DNA from: Alphaproteobacteria bacterium
GTDB lineage: Bacteria; Pseudomonadota; Alphaproteobacteria; MPNO01
Length of the DNA: 64,000 bases
NCBI GenBank assembly: GCA_964291675.2
Contig: OZ219866.1
Span: 192,001 to 256,000 of the forward strand
Direction of reading: 5' to 3'
Under the pieces are notes generated by a model that searched no databases, was not told the DNA's origin, and saw only the letters and a list, made by a program, of their open reading frames with translations. The position numbers and the translations under genes were made by a program. The stretch's first letter is position 1, and every line of letters begins with the position of its first letter. Below are positions 36,695 to 46,022 of the stretch, piece by piece.

Positions 36695-37843
36695 CTACGC
36701 GTCCCCGCCGTCCGGCGGCAGCCGGAGCAGCAGCCGGACCAGATCGGCCTGCCGCGCCGCGCCGGTCTTGGACAGCACGTTCTTCAGCGTCCAGCGGATT
36801 GTGTTCTCCGAGCGGTCGAGCTCGCGCGCGATGTCGCGCACGGTTCTGCCCTGCCCGAGCAGCACGGCGACGCGGCTCTCGGCGGCGGTCAGCCCGAGCA
36901 TGTCGCCGACCGCCTCCGCATCGAGCCGGCCCGCGTCCGGATCGCGGATGAGAACCGCCACCGCGATCCGTTCCACGCCGAAATCGGCGCGCCGCGGCGC
37001 GACGGGATGCACGTGGACGATCAGCGGCAGGCCGGCCGGACGCCGCACCGGCACGGACCCGCGGGCCGGCATGTGCCCCAAGCGCGGCAGAGCCCCGGAG
37101 ACCAGCCTCCGGAGCTTCGCGTCGTCGCCCGGATGGCCGGCCCGCAGGCCGCCACGCCAATCGTGGATGCCGTCCCTTGCGGCCAGCATCCGCCGCGCGG
37201 TCCGGTTGGCGGACGCGATGGCGCCGCGGCGGTCCAGAAACACCGCGCCGAGCGATTCGTGCTCCAGCAACGCGGTCGCCTCGGCGTGGGCATGCGCCTC
37301 CGCCGCCACCAGCTCGTGGCGCAGGCGGACCGCCTGGCGGATGTGGGGAAGCAGACCCCGGATCCGCTTGAGCCTGTCCGGCCCCCACTCCGACTCGCCG
37401 TTCGCCATGGTCCAGAATACGCAGCCGTCGTCGGGACGCTCGTCCGATTGCCGGTCCACGACCACCGCCATCTGGTCCTGACAGTCGTATTTCGGCTGGA
37501 ACTCGTTGTACATCGGAGAGCTCCGCTTCTCCGCCGGGGTGAACAGCTCCTCGTTGTGGGTCAGCCGCCAGGCCGGCAGCCTGCCGATCCTGGGCACGTT
37601 CTCGCTGAACCTCGCGTAGTTCGCGACCCAGTCGGCGACGATCTCCTGATGCGGGTCGCCGTCGATCCAGCATGCCGCGAAAACGATCCCGGCGTCCCCG
37701 TCGCCGTTCGCCGCGAGCCCCGTGAACTGGCCGCCGTTGAGACCGCAAAGCCGGTCGATCGCCCGAAAGGCGTCGCCCCAGCGCGCATCGTCGAACGCGG
37801 CGTCCAGAAGCGTTTCGACCGTGGATTCGAAGAGATCGTCCAT
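36695..37843 (-). CDS. LuxR-type C-terminal HTH transcriptional regulator
   Basis: MDDLFESTVETLLDAAFDDARW start; C-terminal GLTAAESRVAVLL..G.TVRDIARELDRSENTIRWTLKNVLSKTG..RQADLVR. Confidence 0.85.
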   Translation of the reverse strand: MDDLFESTVETLLDAAFDDARWGDAFRAIDRLCGLNGGQFTGLAANGDGDAGIVFAACWIDGDPHQEIVADWVANYARFSENVPRIGRLPAWRLTHNEELFTPAEKRSSPMYNEFQPKYDCQDQMAVVVDRQSDERPDDGCVFWTMANGESEWGPDRLKRIRGLLPHIRQAVRLRHELVAAEAHAHAEATALLEHESLGAVFLDRRGAIASANRTARRMLAARDGIHDWRGGLRAGHPGDDAKLRRLVSGALPRLGHMPARGSVPVRRPAGLPLIVHVHPVAPRRADFGVERIAVAVLIRDPDAGRLDAEAVGDMLGLTAAESRVAVLLGQGRTVRDIARELDRSENTIRWTLKNVLSKTGAARQADLVRLLLRLPPDGGDA

Positions 37844-38305
37844 GCGGTTGGCTGCCAGCTGTCCCGCCAGCCGTGGGAGACGTTGCGGCCCGCGGGCGAC
37901 CGGGGCACTGTATTCGCGGCCCGCCCTGTTCCGCGCCCCCCAAATTGCGGGGTTAAAGGCGAAAGTCGGGGAATCCGGGACCGATACCGGGAGCGCCGCC
38001 CGGCACGCCGCACACACGCCCGCCTGCGTCATGGCCGGCCGCCGGAACGAGTCCGGGGGGGTCCGGCCACCCATGCGGTCCCACCGGCTCGGCATGGGAG
38101 CCTGTGGGTGCCCGGAACAAGCTCCGCACTGCGATCCGGGACAAGGCCGGCAGATGCCGGCGCGCGGCCCACCCATCTGGGTGGCGACGGGGTCCGTTCC
38201 ACGCTGCAACCTGCCCGCCATGCAGGACGAGTTTCACCGATGGCGCGGGGTCCGGCGCTCTTCCGAAGCCGCCGGATCGACGCCCAGGCGAGACTGGAGA
38301 CAGAC

Positions 38306-39355
38306 ATGACCGCACGCAGCCTCACTGCCATCGCCGCCCTTCTGTTGCTCGCCGCCTGTGGCGGGGGTGGCGGCGGCGACGGCGGCGGTCCCGGTGCCTC
38401 CCTGCCGGCGACCCCGTCGGAGCCGCCGTTCGGCGCGACCGTTCCCGCCGATGCGGACGCGGTGCTGGAGTCCGTCGGACCGTCGCTCTACGCCCTGCTG
38501 CCCGCCTCCAAGATCTGGTTCGGCAGCGCCGCCCTGTCGGCCGGGCCCGATGTCACGGATCTGGGCCTGACCTTCGACGGCAGCCGCGCCACCGTCACCG
38601 TCGACCGCGGCGGCGCGGGCACTGTGGTTCTCGACACCGACGACACCTACCGGGACGACGGGCTCACGTCCTCGGTGTTCTACGGCGACACCGGGTCGGG
38701 GCGGTCGTCGCGCGACCGGTACGTCTATTCCCGCACCGGCAACAGCGTGACCACCGGCCGCCTCGTCGTCGACTGGTCCGACAGCGATCCGGGCGATTAC
38801 ATCGCCGGCGGGTACTGGCTGCACGCCGGGCCGGGCTCGGCCGACTGGGAGGCGGGCGCCTATGTGGTCGGCCCGGAGTTGAGCCTCGGCGACCCACCCC
38901 GCCTGCCGGTCTCGGGCAGCGCCGTCTACGAAGGCGACGCCGGGGGCGTCTTTACGCTCCAGGGCGCGTTCGCCGAACAGCGCCGCGATGCGGGGCTGGC
39001 GGTGGAAGGCGATTTCACGTGGGAGGCCCGGCTGGTCGCCGATTTCGCGGCCGGCACCGTCGGGGGCTGCATCGGATGCGCCTACGGGCTGCTGGGCGGC
39101 GCCGGCCGGCTGGAGCTCGGGACCGTGTCCTTCGACCGCGCCAACGGCACGTTCCGCGGGACTGAGGTGACCCTGTCGACCGCCGTCGTGTCGACAACCG
39201 GGTCGAGCGGCAAGTGGGCCGGCCAGTTCTCCAACATCCCCGACGGCTCGGGCGCGCCGCGCCTGGCGGCCGGGACGTTCGATGCCCGGGCGTCGGCCAG
39301 CGACGGCAGCACCGTCGCCCTGGTCGGCGCCTTCGGAGCCGGGCGCACGCGCTGA
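38306..39355 (+). CDS. Surface lipoprotein with TbpB-like C-terminal beta-barrel
   Basis: GGAG RBS; lipobox LAAC then poly-Gly; LPVSGSAVYEG; terminal LVGAFGAGR. Confidence 0.75.
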   Translation: MTARSLTAIAALLLLAACGGGGGGDGGGPGASLPATPSEPPFGATVPADADAVLESVGPSLYALLPASKIWFGSAALSAGPDVTDLGLTFDGSRATVTVDRGGAGTVVLDTDDTYRDDGLTSSVFYGDTGSGRSSRDRYVYSRTGNSVTTGRLVVDWSDSDPGDYIAGGYWLHAGPGSADWEAGAYVVGPELSLGDPPRLPVSGSAVYEGDAGGVFTLQGAFAEQRRDAGLAVEGDFTWEARLVADFAAGTVGGCIGCAYGLLGGAGRLELGTVSFDRANGTFRGTEVTLSTAVVSTTGSSGKWAGQFSNIPDGSGAPRLAAGTFDARASASDGSTVALVGAFGAGRTR

Positions 39356-39553
39356 TGCGCCCGGCGCCCGGGGGCCCCCGGATCGCGTCCGGCCATGACG
39401 GGTTGGTGGTGGCGGTGGCGGAGCAGGGAGAGCCGGGTGCACGCACCGCCGCGCGCTTCGGCGGTTTTCTTTGCCTTCCCATAGGAAAACGCGATTCGCG
39501 CGCGAACCTCTCCGTCGGCAAATTAGCGTCGTGCCCCCGCGGAGGAGGATGGC

Positions 39554-40582
39554 ATGCGGTTCAGGCGGATCGCCGGCGCGCTCGCGCTCACCGCCGCGCT
39601 GGCGGTCGCGGACGGGGTCCCGGGCGGGGCGGCGACGCTCGACAAGGTGCGCGCCGCCGACCGGCTCAGATGCGGCATCAACCCGGGCCTGCCCGGCTTC
39701 TCCGAGACCGACGACAAAGGTCGGTGGACCGGCTTCGAGGCGGCCTATTGCCGGGCGCTGGCGGCCGCCGTACTGGGCGACCCGGACAAGGTCTCCTACG
39801 TCACCCTGACCGGCAAGACGCGCTTCCCGGCGCTCGCCTCGGGCGAGGTCGACGTGCTCGCGCGCAACACCACCTGGACCTTCTCGCGCGACGTCGATCT
39901 CGGCTTCACCTTCGTCGGCATCAACTACTATGACGGCCAGGGATTTCTGGGCCGCAAGGCGCTCGGCGTCGACAGCGCGACCGAGCTCGACGGCGCCTCG
40001 ATCTGCATCCAGACCGGCACCACGACCGAGCTCAACCTGGCCGATTTCTTCCGCCTCAACGGCATCTCCTACGAGCCGGTGCCGCTGGAGACCAACGCCG
40101 AGGCCCGCGCCGCCTACCGGGCGGAGCGCTGCGACGTCTACACCACCGACGTCTCGGGGCTGGCGGGGACCAAGTCGACCTTCGACGACCCCGATGCGCA
40201 TGCGATCTACCCGGAGATCATCTCCAAGGAGCCGCTGGGCCCGCTGGTGCGCCACGGCGACGACCGCTGGGCGGACATCGCGCGCTGGGTGCTGAACGCG
40301 CTGATCGCGGCCGAGGAGCTCGGCGTGACCAGGGCGAACGTGGCCGAGCTGGCCCGGGGCGCCGGCCGCCCGGAGATCGACCGCATGCTGGGGACGCAGG
40401 GCGCGTTCGGCGAGATGCTGGGCCTCGATCCCCGCTGGGCGGTGCGCGCCATCGCGGCGGAGGGCAACTACGCCGAGATCTTCGAAAGATATCTTGGCGC
40501 CGGCAGCGCGCTCGGCCTGCCGCGCGGGCTGAGCGCGCTCCATTCCGACGGCGGCATCCTCTACGCGCCGCCGTTTCGCTGA
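39554..40582 (+). CDS. General L-amino acid ABC transporter substrate-binding protein (AapJ/BztA-like)
   Basis: TLDKVRA...CGINPGLPGFS, LARNTTWTFSRD, YYDGQGF, ISKEPLGP and GGILYAPPFR; no permease genes adjacent. Confidence 0.9.
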   Translation: MRFRRIAGALALTAALAVADGVPGGAATLDKVRAADRLRCGINPGLPGFSETDDKGRWTGFEAAYCRALAAAVLGDPDKVSYVTLTGKTRFPALASGEVDVLARNTTWTFSRDVDLGFTFVGINYYDGQGFLGRKALGVDSATELDGASICIQTGTTTELNLADFFRLNGISYEPVPLETNAEARAAYRAERCDVYTTDVSGLAGTKSTFDDPDAHAIYPEIISKEPLGPLVRHGDDRWADIARWVLNALIAAEELGVTRANVAELARGAGRPEIDRMLGTQGAFGEMLGLDPRWAVRAIAAEGNYAEIFERYLGAGSALGLPRGLSALHSDGGILYAPPFR

Positions 40583-40600
40583 GAGCGGCGTAGGGCAGGC

Positions 40601-41190
40601 GGAGCGGGGGCCGGGCGTCACGGGGGGCGGCGCGCCCGCCGGCGATCCCCGGCGTCGCGCCCGAACGCCCGCACGCTCGCCATGCCTCCCCACCTCGTCA
40701 TGCTCCCCCCTCGTCATGCCCGGACTTGATCCGGGCACCCATGCGGCCTATCGGCGCGCACGGCGGGCCGTGGGGAGGGGGGGCGGCGCCGGTGGGTGGC
40801 CGGATCAAGTCCGGCCATGGGTGCCCGGATCAAGTCCGGGCATGACGGGGGTTAGTGGAGTCGGTGGCGTAACGGGGAGAAGGAGCGGGGGCCGGGCGCC
40901 ACGGGGGGCGGCGCGGTGGAACCTGCGGCGCGCCCACCGGCGACCCCCGGCGTCGTGCCCGAGCGCCCGAACGCTCCCCATGCTTCCATGCTGCCCCACC
41001 TCGTCACGCTCCCCCCGTCATGCACCCCCCTCGTCATGCCCGGACTCGATCCGGGCACCCATGCGGCCTCTCGGCGCGCCCGCCGGGCCGTGGGGAGGGG
41101 TGGCGGCGCCGGTGGGTGGCCGGATCAAGTCCGGCCATGGGTGGCCGGAACAAGTCCGGCCATGGGTGGCCGGAACAAGTCCAACCATGA
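40601..41190 (+). repeat. Two tandem ~280-bp composite family-B units
   Basis: GGAGCGGGGGCCGGGCG recurs at 40601 and 40882, each followed by the GTCATGCCCGGACT(T/C)GATCCGGGCACCCATG hairpin block. Confidence 0.85.
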
Positions 41191-41308
41191 CGGGAAGGGG
41201 CAGGCGGGGCGGCTACTCGGGACGAGAGTCTTTTCTCATCCCGAGTAGCGGCGCAGCCGCGTATCGAGGGGCGCGCCGGCGCCGGATCGGAGCTCCGGCT
41301 TGCGGCCC

Positions 41309-42250
41309 CTACGGCACCCGCCTGGCGCCGAACGCGCCGACATAGGCGTCGGTGTCGAAGATGCCGTAGGTCTCGCCGTGGTCGGGGCCGTAGAAGTCTC
41401 CCCGGATGCGGTCGGTGCCGGCGGTGCCGGCCTCGTAGCGGCCGTCGGCGAGCGCCATGCCGGACCAGCCGGGCGCGGCGATCGAAGACCCGCCGATGAC
41501 GATGTCGGCGTCCACCCGGGGCCGCGACAGGTCGGCGATGGTCAGGGTGGCGGTCCCGGTGTGGCGCCGGAAGGTGTCGGTCGACGCGGCCTCGGCGATG
41601 CCGGTCCATGTCGCGCTTCCCATGCCCGCGGGGTTGCTGCCGCTGGCATCGCCCGCGGCGCTAGCTGCCGCCGCGCGGATATTGCCGGTAAACGAAACGC
41701 CGTCCACGGTGCCGGCCCATGCGCCGTCCGTGATCTCCACCACCGCCCAGCCATGCCGGCCCCACAGCCCGTAGCCGAACGCGGGGGGATAGTCACTGAT
41801 GGTCAAGCCCGGAATTTCGCTCTCGGCGGTTACTCGGACCGCCAGGGTCACCGTGTCGAAACCGCCTCTGGAGCCCAGCCGAAATTCGATCAGGTCGGCG
41901 CCGGCCCCGGGAGCGAGCAAGCTCTGGGTATCGAGTGATTCCCGTGCGTCATAGCTGGTGCCCTGGTCTCCCTCGCAACGCGAGCCGGTGCAGGTGAACC
42001 TCTCGACATCGCGGTGTCGAGTCGTTTGTCCCCCGGCTGACTGCGTGTATTCGTCGTACATGCTGGTCATGGCCAAATTGTCCGACCGGCCCTCGATATC
42101 CGCGAGCCGCTCGATCCTGGGGTCCGACCGCAGATCCCGGAGCTCGGCGTCGCTGAGCCCCGGGCCGCCGCCGCCCCCGCCGCCGCACGCGGACAGGAAC
42201 AGCAGGCCGAGAACGGCGGCCGGAGCCGCGATGCATGTGTTGGAGCGCAT
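41309..42250 (-). CDS. Surface lipoprotein with TbpB-like C-terminal beta-barrel
   Basis: Lipobox LSAC then poly-Gly; SGSNPAGMGSATWTG; IRGDFYGPDHGETYGIF...YVGAFGARR. Confidence 0.78.
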   Translation of the reverse strand: MRSNTCIAAPAAVLGLLFLSACGGGGGGGPGLSDAELRDLRSDPRIERLADIEGRSDNLAMTSMYDEYTQSAGGQTTRHRDVERFTCTGSRCEGDQGTSYDARESLDTQSLLAPGAGADLIEFRLGSRGGFDTVTLAVRVTAESEIPGLTISDYPPAFGYGLWGRHGWAVVEITDGAWAGTVDGVSFTGNIRAAAASAAGDASGSNPAGMGSATWTGIAEAASTDTFRRHTGTATLTIADLSRPRVDADIVIGGSSIAAPGWSGMALADGRYEAGTAGTDRIRGDFYGPDHGETYGIFDTDAYVGAFGARRVP

Positions 42251-42434
42251 GAGCCTTCCCCCTCTTCCGCTGACGGCCCGGCCGGCGCCGCGCGGGCCGC
42301 GGGCCGTCCAGTATGATATATCACGAGTGAGATGGTAGCATTTGGAAATTCAGCACCCCGTCCGGGACGGGTGCCTGGTCCGTTGGGCGATGCCATCCCT
42401 CCCGGCCGGCCGCCTCGCGGGCGGAGGGGCCGCA

Positions 42435-43267
42435 TGGATGGCCGGATCAAGTCCGGCCATGACGTGCTGGTGGCGGTGGAGAAGCAGGAAGAGCCGGGCG
42501 CGGCCCGCCCCGTCGCCATGCCTCCCACCCCTTCATGCACCCCCCGTCATGCGCAACCGCACCCCACGCGTCCCATGCTCTTTCCCCCGTCATGCACCCC
42601 CCTCGTCATGCCCGGACTTGATCCGGGCACCCACTGCCGCCACCGCGCCTCCCGCCCGGGCACCCATGCGGCCTCTCGGCGCGCACGGCGGGCCGTGGGG
42701 AGGGGCGGCGGCGCCGGTGGGTGGCCGGATCAAGTCCGGCCATGGGTGCCCGGATCAAGTCCGGGCATGACGGGGTGGGGGAGTAGCGGGGGAGTCGGTG
42801 GAGCAACGGGGAGAAGGAGCGGGGGCCGGGCGCCACGGGGGGCGGCGCGGTGGAACCTGCGGCGCGCCCACCGGCGACCCCCGGCGGCGCGCCCGAACGT
42901 CGGAACGCTCGCCATGCTTCCCCACCTCGTCATGCACCCCCGGTCATGCGCAACCGCACCCCACGCGTCCCATGCTCTTTCCCCCTCGTCATGCACCCCC
43001 CTCGTCATGCCCGGACTTGATCCGGGCACCCATGCGGCCTATCGGCGCGCACGGCGGGCCGTGGGGAGGCGTGGCGGCGGTGGGTGGCCGGATCAAGTCC
43101 GGCCATGGGTGCCCGGATCACCCCCGGACTTGATCCGGGGGCCGGGGCATGACGGGGTGGGGGAGTAGCGGGAGTGTCGGCGGAGCAACGGGGAGAAGGA
43201 GCGGGGCCGGGCATGACGGAAGAAGTGTCGTTGGCGTCCCGCCCGTCAAGTATTCGGTATAAGCCCC
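42435..43267 (+). repeat. Tandem composite family-B units
   Basis: Same blocks as 40601-41190 in the same orientation, with an internal insertion. Confidence 0.85.
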
Positions 43268-43486
43268 TATCGAGGGACGCGCCCCGCGTTGACCCCCTCT
43301 CCGGCGCCACCCACAATGGCCGGGACGGCGGCAGGCGGAGGGTGCGGTCATCGTCGAGCGGCTCGGCATCGGCCATCTGTTCGCGCTGCCGGGGAGGCGG
43401 GTGCCGGGCTGTGCCAGGGAGCCGGCGGCCGGCGCGCCCCGCCGCTACCGGCCGAACCGCATGCCGGCGTTCGCGCCCGGAATCCG

Positions 43487-44221
43487 GTGAGCGCCCTGCC
43501 GGCGCCGCGCGCGGACTGGGCGCTGTTCCTCGATTTCGACGGCAGCATCGTCGAGATCGCGCCGACGCCGGGCGCGGTCCGGGTGCCGGCGAGCCTGGCG
43601 CCGCTGCTGCGCGGCCTCGGCGCGGCGCTGGGCGGGGCGGTGGCGATCGTCACCGGCCGGCCGGTCGCCGAGATCGACGGATTCCTGGGCGATGCCGTCC
43701 CCGCCGTCGCCGGGCTGCACGGGCTCGAACGGCGCGGCGCCGACGGCGCGCTCGCCCGCCCGGCGGCGCCGGGCGAGGCGTTGCGCCGCGCGCTCGCGCG
43801 TCTCGGCGACTTCGCCGCGGCGCATCCGGGGGTGCTCGTCGAGGACAAGACGTATTCCGCCGCGCTGCATTACCGCCGCGCACCGCAAGCGGCGGAGGCG
43901 TGCCGGGAGGCCGCGGAGGCGGCGCTCGCCGGGCTCATGGCGGGGTGGACGGTGGCCGAGGGGAAATGCGTCGTCGAGATCCGCCCCGCCGGCGTCACCA
44001 AGGGAACCGCCATCGAGGCGTTCATGCGCGAGGCGCCGTTCCGCGGGCGAATCCCGGTGTTCTGCGGCGACGACGCGACCGACGAGGACGGCTTCGCCGC
44101 GGTCGCGGCGCTGGGCGGGACCGGCATCCGCGTCGGCCGGGGCGCGGCCACGACAGCGTCGGTCGAGGTCGAGACGGTCGCCGGGCTGCTCGACTGGCTG
44201 GCGGGGGTGGCGGACCGTTGA
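43487..44221 (+). CDS. otsB: Trehalose-6-phosphate phosphatase
   Basis: ALFLDFDGS, AIVTGR, ALHYR, GKCVVEIRP...KGTA and GDDATDEDGF. Confidence 0.92.
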   Translation: MSALPAPRADWALFLDFDGSIVEIAPTPGAVRVPASLAPLLRGLGAALGGAVAIVTGRPVAEIDGFLGDAVPAVAGLHGLERRGADGALARPAAPGEALRRALARLGDFAAAHPGVLVEDKTYSAALHYRRAPQAAEACREAAEAALAGLMAGWTVAEGKCVVEIRPAGVTKGTAIEAFMREAPFRGRIPVFCGDDATDEDGFAAVAALGGTGIRVGRGAATTASVEVETVAGLLDWLAGVADR

Positions 44222-44424
44222 TGCGGCGCCGACGCGCCCGCCCCTCCCGTCATGCCCGGCCCCCGGATCGAGTCCGGGGGCGATCCGGGCATCCATGGGC
44301 TCCCGCCCTTGGCCGGCATGGATGGCCGGATCAAGTCCGGCCATGACGGTGGGGCGGCGGGGCGGCGGGGCGATGGGGCGGTGGGGCGGCGGGGGAGCGC
44401 GGGCCGAGACAGGTTGCAGCCGCG

Positions 44425-45807
44425 TCACCCCCCGGCGAGGCGGGCGAGGAAGCGCTCGTACCAGGATTCCACGCTGTTCGCGCGCAGCGCCCGCATCGAG
44501 CGCTGCCAGCGTTCGCGCCGCTCGTCGAGCGGCATGGCGAGCGCCGTCTGGATGGCCTCGGCCACGCCCTCCGTGTCGTAGGGGTTCACGATCAGCGCGT
44601 CGGGCAGGTATTGCGCCGCGCCGGCGAAGCGCGACAGCACCAGCGCCCCCGGATCGTCGGGCGGCTGGGCGGCGAGGTATTCCATCGCCACCAGGTTCAT
44701 GCCGTCCCTGAGCGGCGTGACCAGCCCGACCCGGGCGAGGCGCAGGAAGCCGAACAGGGTGCGCCGGCTGAAGCTGCGGTTGAGATAGCGGATCGGCACC
44801 CAGTCGACATCGGCGAACTCGCCGTTCACATGGCCGGCGAGGGTGTCCAGGGTGCGGCGGATCTCGCCATACTCGGCCACGCCGCCGCGGGTGGGCGGGG
44901 CGATCTGCATCAGCGAGACCCGGTTGCGGTTGCCGGGATAGGCGCGCAGCAGATGGGCGAAGGCGTCGAAGCGCTGCGGCAGGCCCTTGGAGTAGTCGAG
45001 CCGGTCGACGCCGACGATCAGCCGGCGGTCGGCGAGGCTGACCCTGAGGCGCTCGACCTCGCGCATGCCCGCGGTGCCCGAGGCGGCCTGCTCGACATGG
45101 GCGGTGTCGATGCCGATGGGATGGGCCTCGATGCGAAACTCGCGCCCGAAGGCGCGCACCGTCGCCCCGCCGCCGCCCTCCGCCACGCTCGCGCCCGCCT
45201 CGCCGGCCAAATAGCCGCACAGGCGCGCGCGGTCCCGCTCGGTCTGCAAGCCCACCAGGTCGAAGAAGGCGAGGCAGCGCATGAGCTCGGCGTGCACCGG
45301 CAGGGTCGCCAGCAGCTCGCGCGGCGGCAGCGGGGTGTGCAGGAAGAAGCCGATGCGGTTGCCGACGCCGAGCCGGCGCAGCTCCTCGCCGAGCGGGATC
45401 AGGTGGTAGTCATGCGCCCAGATCACGTCGTCCGGCCGGAGCAGCCGGGCCAGCTTGCGGGCGAAATCCGCGTTCACCCGCCGGTAGCCCGCGTAGTTGG
45501 CGCGCTCGAAATCGACCAGATCGACGCGGTAGTGGAACAGCGGCCACAGCGTCGCGTTGGCGAAGCCGTTGTAATAGGCCTCGAAATCGGCCTCGCCGAG
45601 ATCGACGGTGGCGGTGGCGAGCCGCCCGCGCTCGGCCAGATGCACCGCCTCGCCGGGGGCGGCGGCGACGTCGCCGCTCCAGCCGAACCAGATCCCGCCG
45701 GAACGCCTGAGCGCGGCCAGCACGGCGACGGCGAGCCCGCCGGCGGCGGTCCTGCCCTCGTCGATCGGCGCGACCCGGTTGGAGACGACGACGATGCGGC
45801 CGGTCAT
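44425..45807 (-). CDS. otsA: Alpha,alpha-trehalose-phosphate synthase
   Basis: VVSNRV, AGGLAVA, WAHDYHL, VDRLDYSKG, RDGMNLVAMEY and LSRFAGAA. Confidence 0.95.
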   Translation of the reverse strand: MTGRIVVVSNRVAPIDEGRTAAGGLAVAVLAALRRSGGIWFGWSGDVAAAPGEAVHLAERGRLATATVDLGEADFEAYYNGFANATLWPLFHYRVDLVDFERANYAGYRRVNADFARKLARLLRPDDVIWAHDYHLIPLGEELRRLGVGNRIGFFLHTPLPPRELLATLPVHAELMRCLAFFDLVGLQTERDRARLCGYLAGEAGASVAEGGGGATVRAFGREFRIEAHPIGIDTAHVEQAASGTAGMREVERLRVSLADRRLIVGVDRLDYSKGLPQRFDAFAHLLRAYPGNRNRVSLMQIAPPTRGGVAEYGEIRRTLDTLAGHVNGEFADVDWVPIRYLNRSFSRRTLFGFLRLARVGLVTPLRDGMNLVAMEYLAAQPPDDPGALVLSRFAGAAQYLPDALIVNPYDTEGVAEAIQTALAMPLDERRERWQRSMRALRANSVESWYERFLARLAGG

Positions 45808-46022
45808 GCGGCTTGCCGCGGCTGGCGAAGCAGGTGCGGCGCGGCGTCCTTCGATACGCCCGCCTGCGGCGGGCTACTCAGGATGAGGTTTTCTCTCTCG
45901 CCCATGCCGTGCAGCCCCGCACTTGCCGCCCATGGACCCTCCCTCATCCTGAGTAGCGGCGAAGCCGCGTATCGAAGGACGCATCCCGGCTGCATCGGCG
46001 GTTCCATCCAGAACGGACACCC

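Noticed and set aside
40716-43376. ORFs such as MPGLDPGTH... and SCPDLIRAPM... in the repeat regions
   Set aside because: They are translations of palindromic repeat family B, recurring wherever the repeat occurs.
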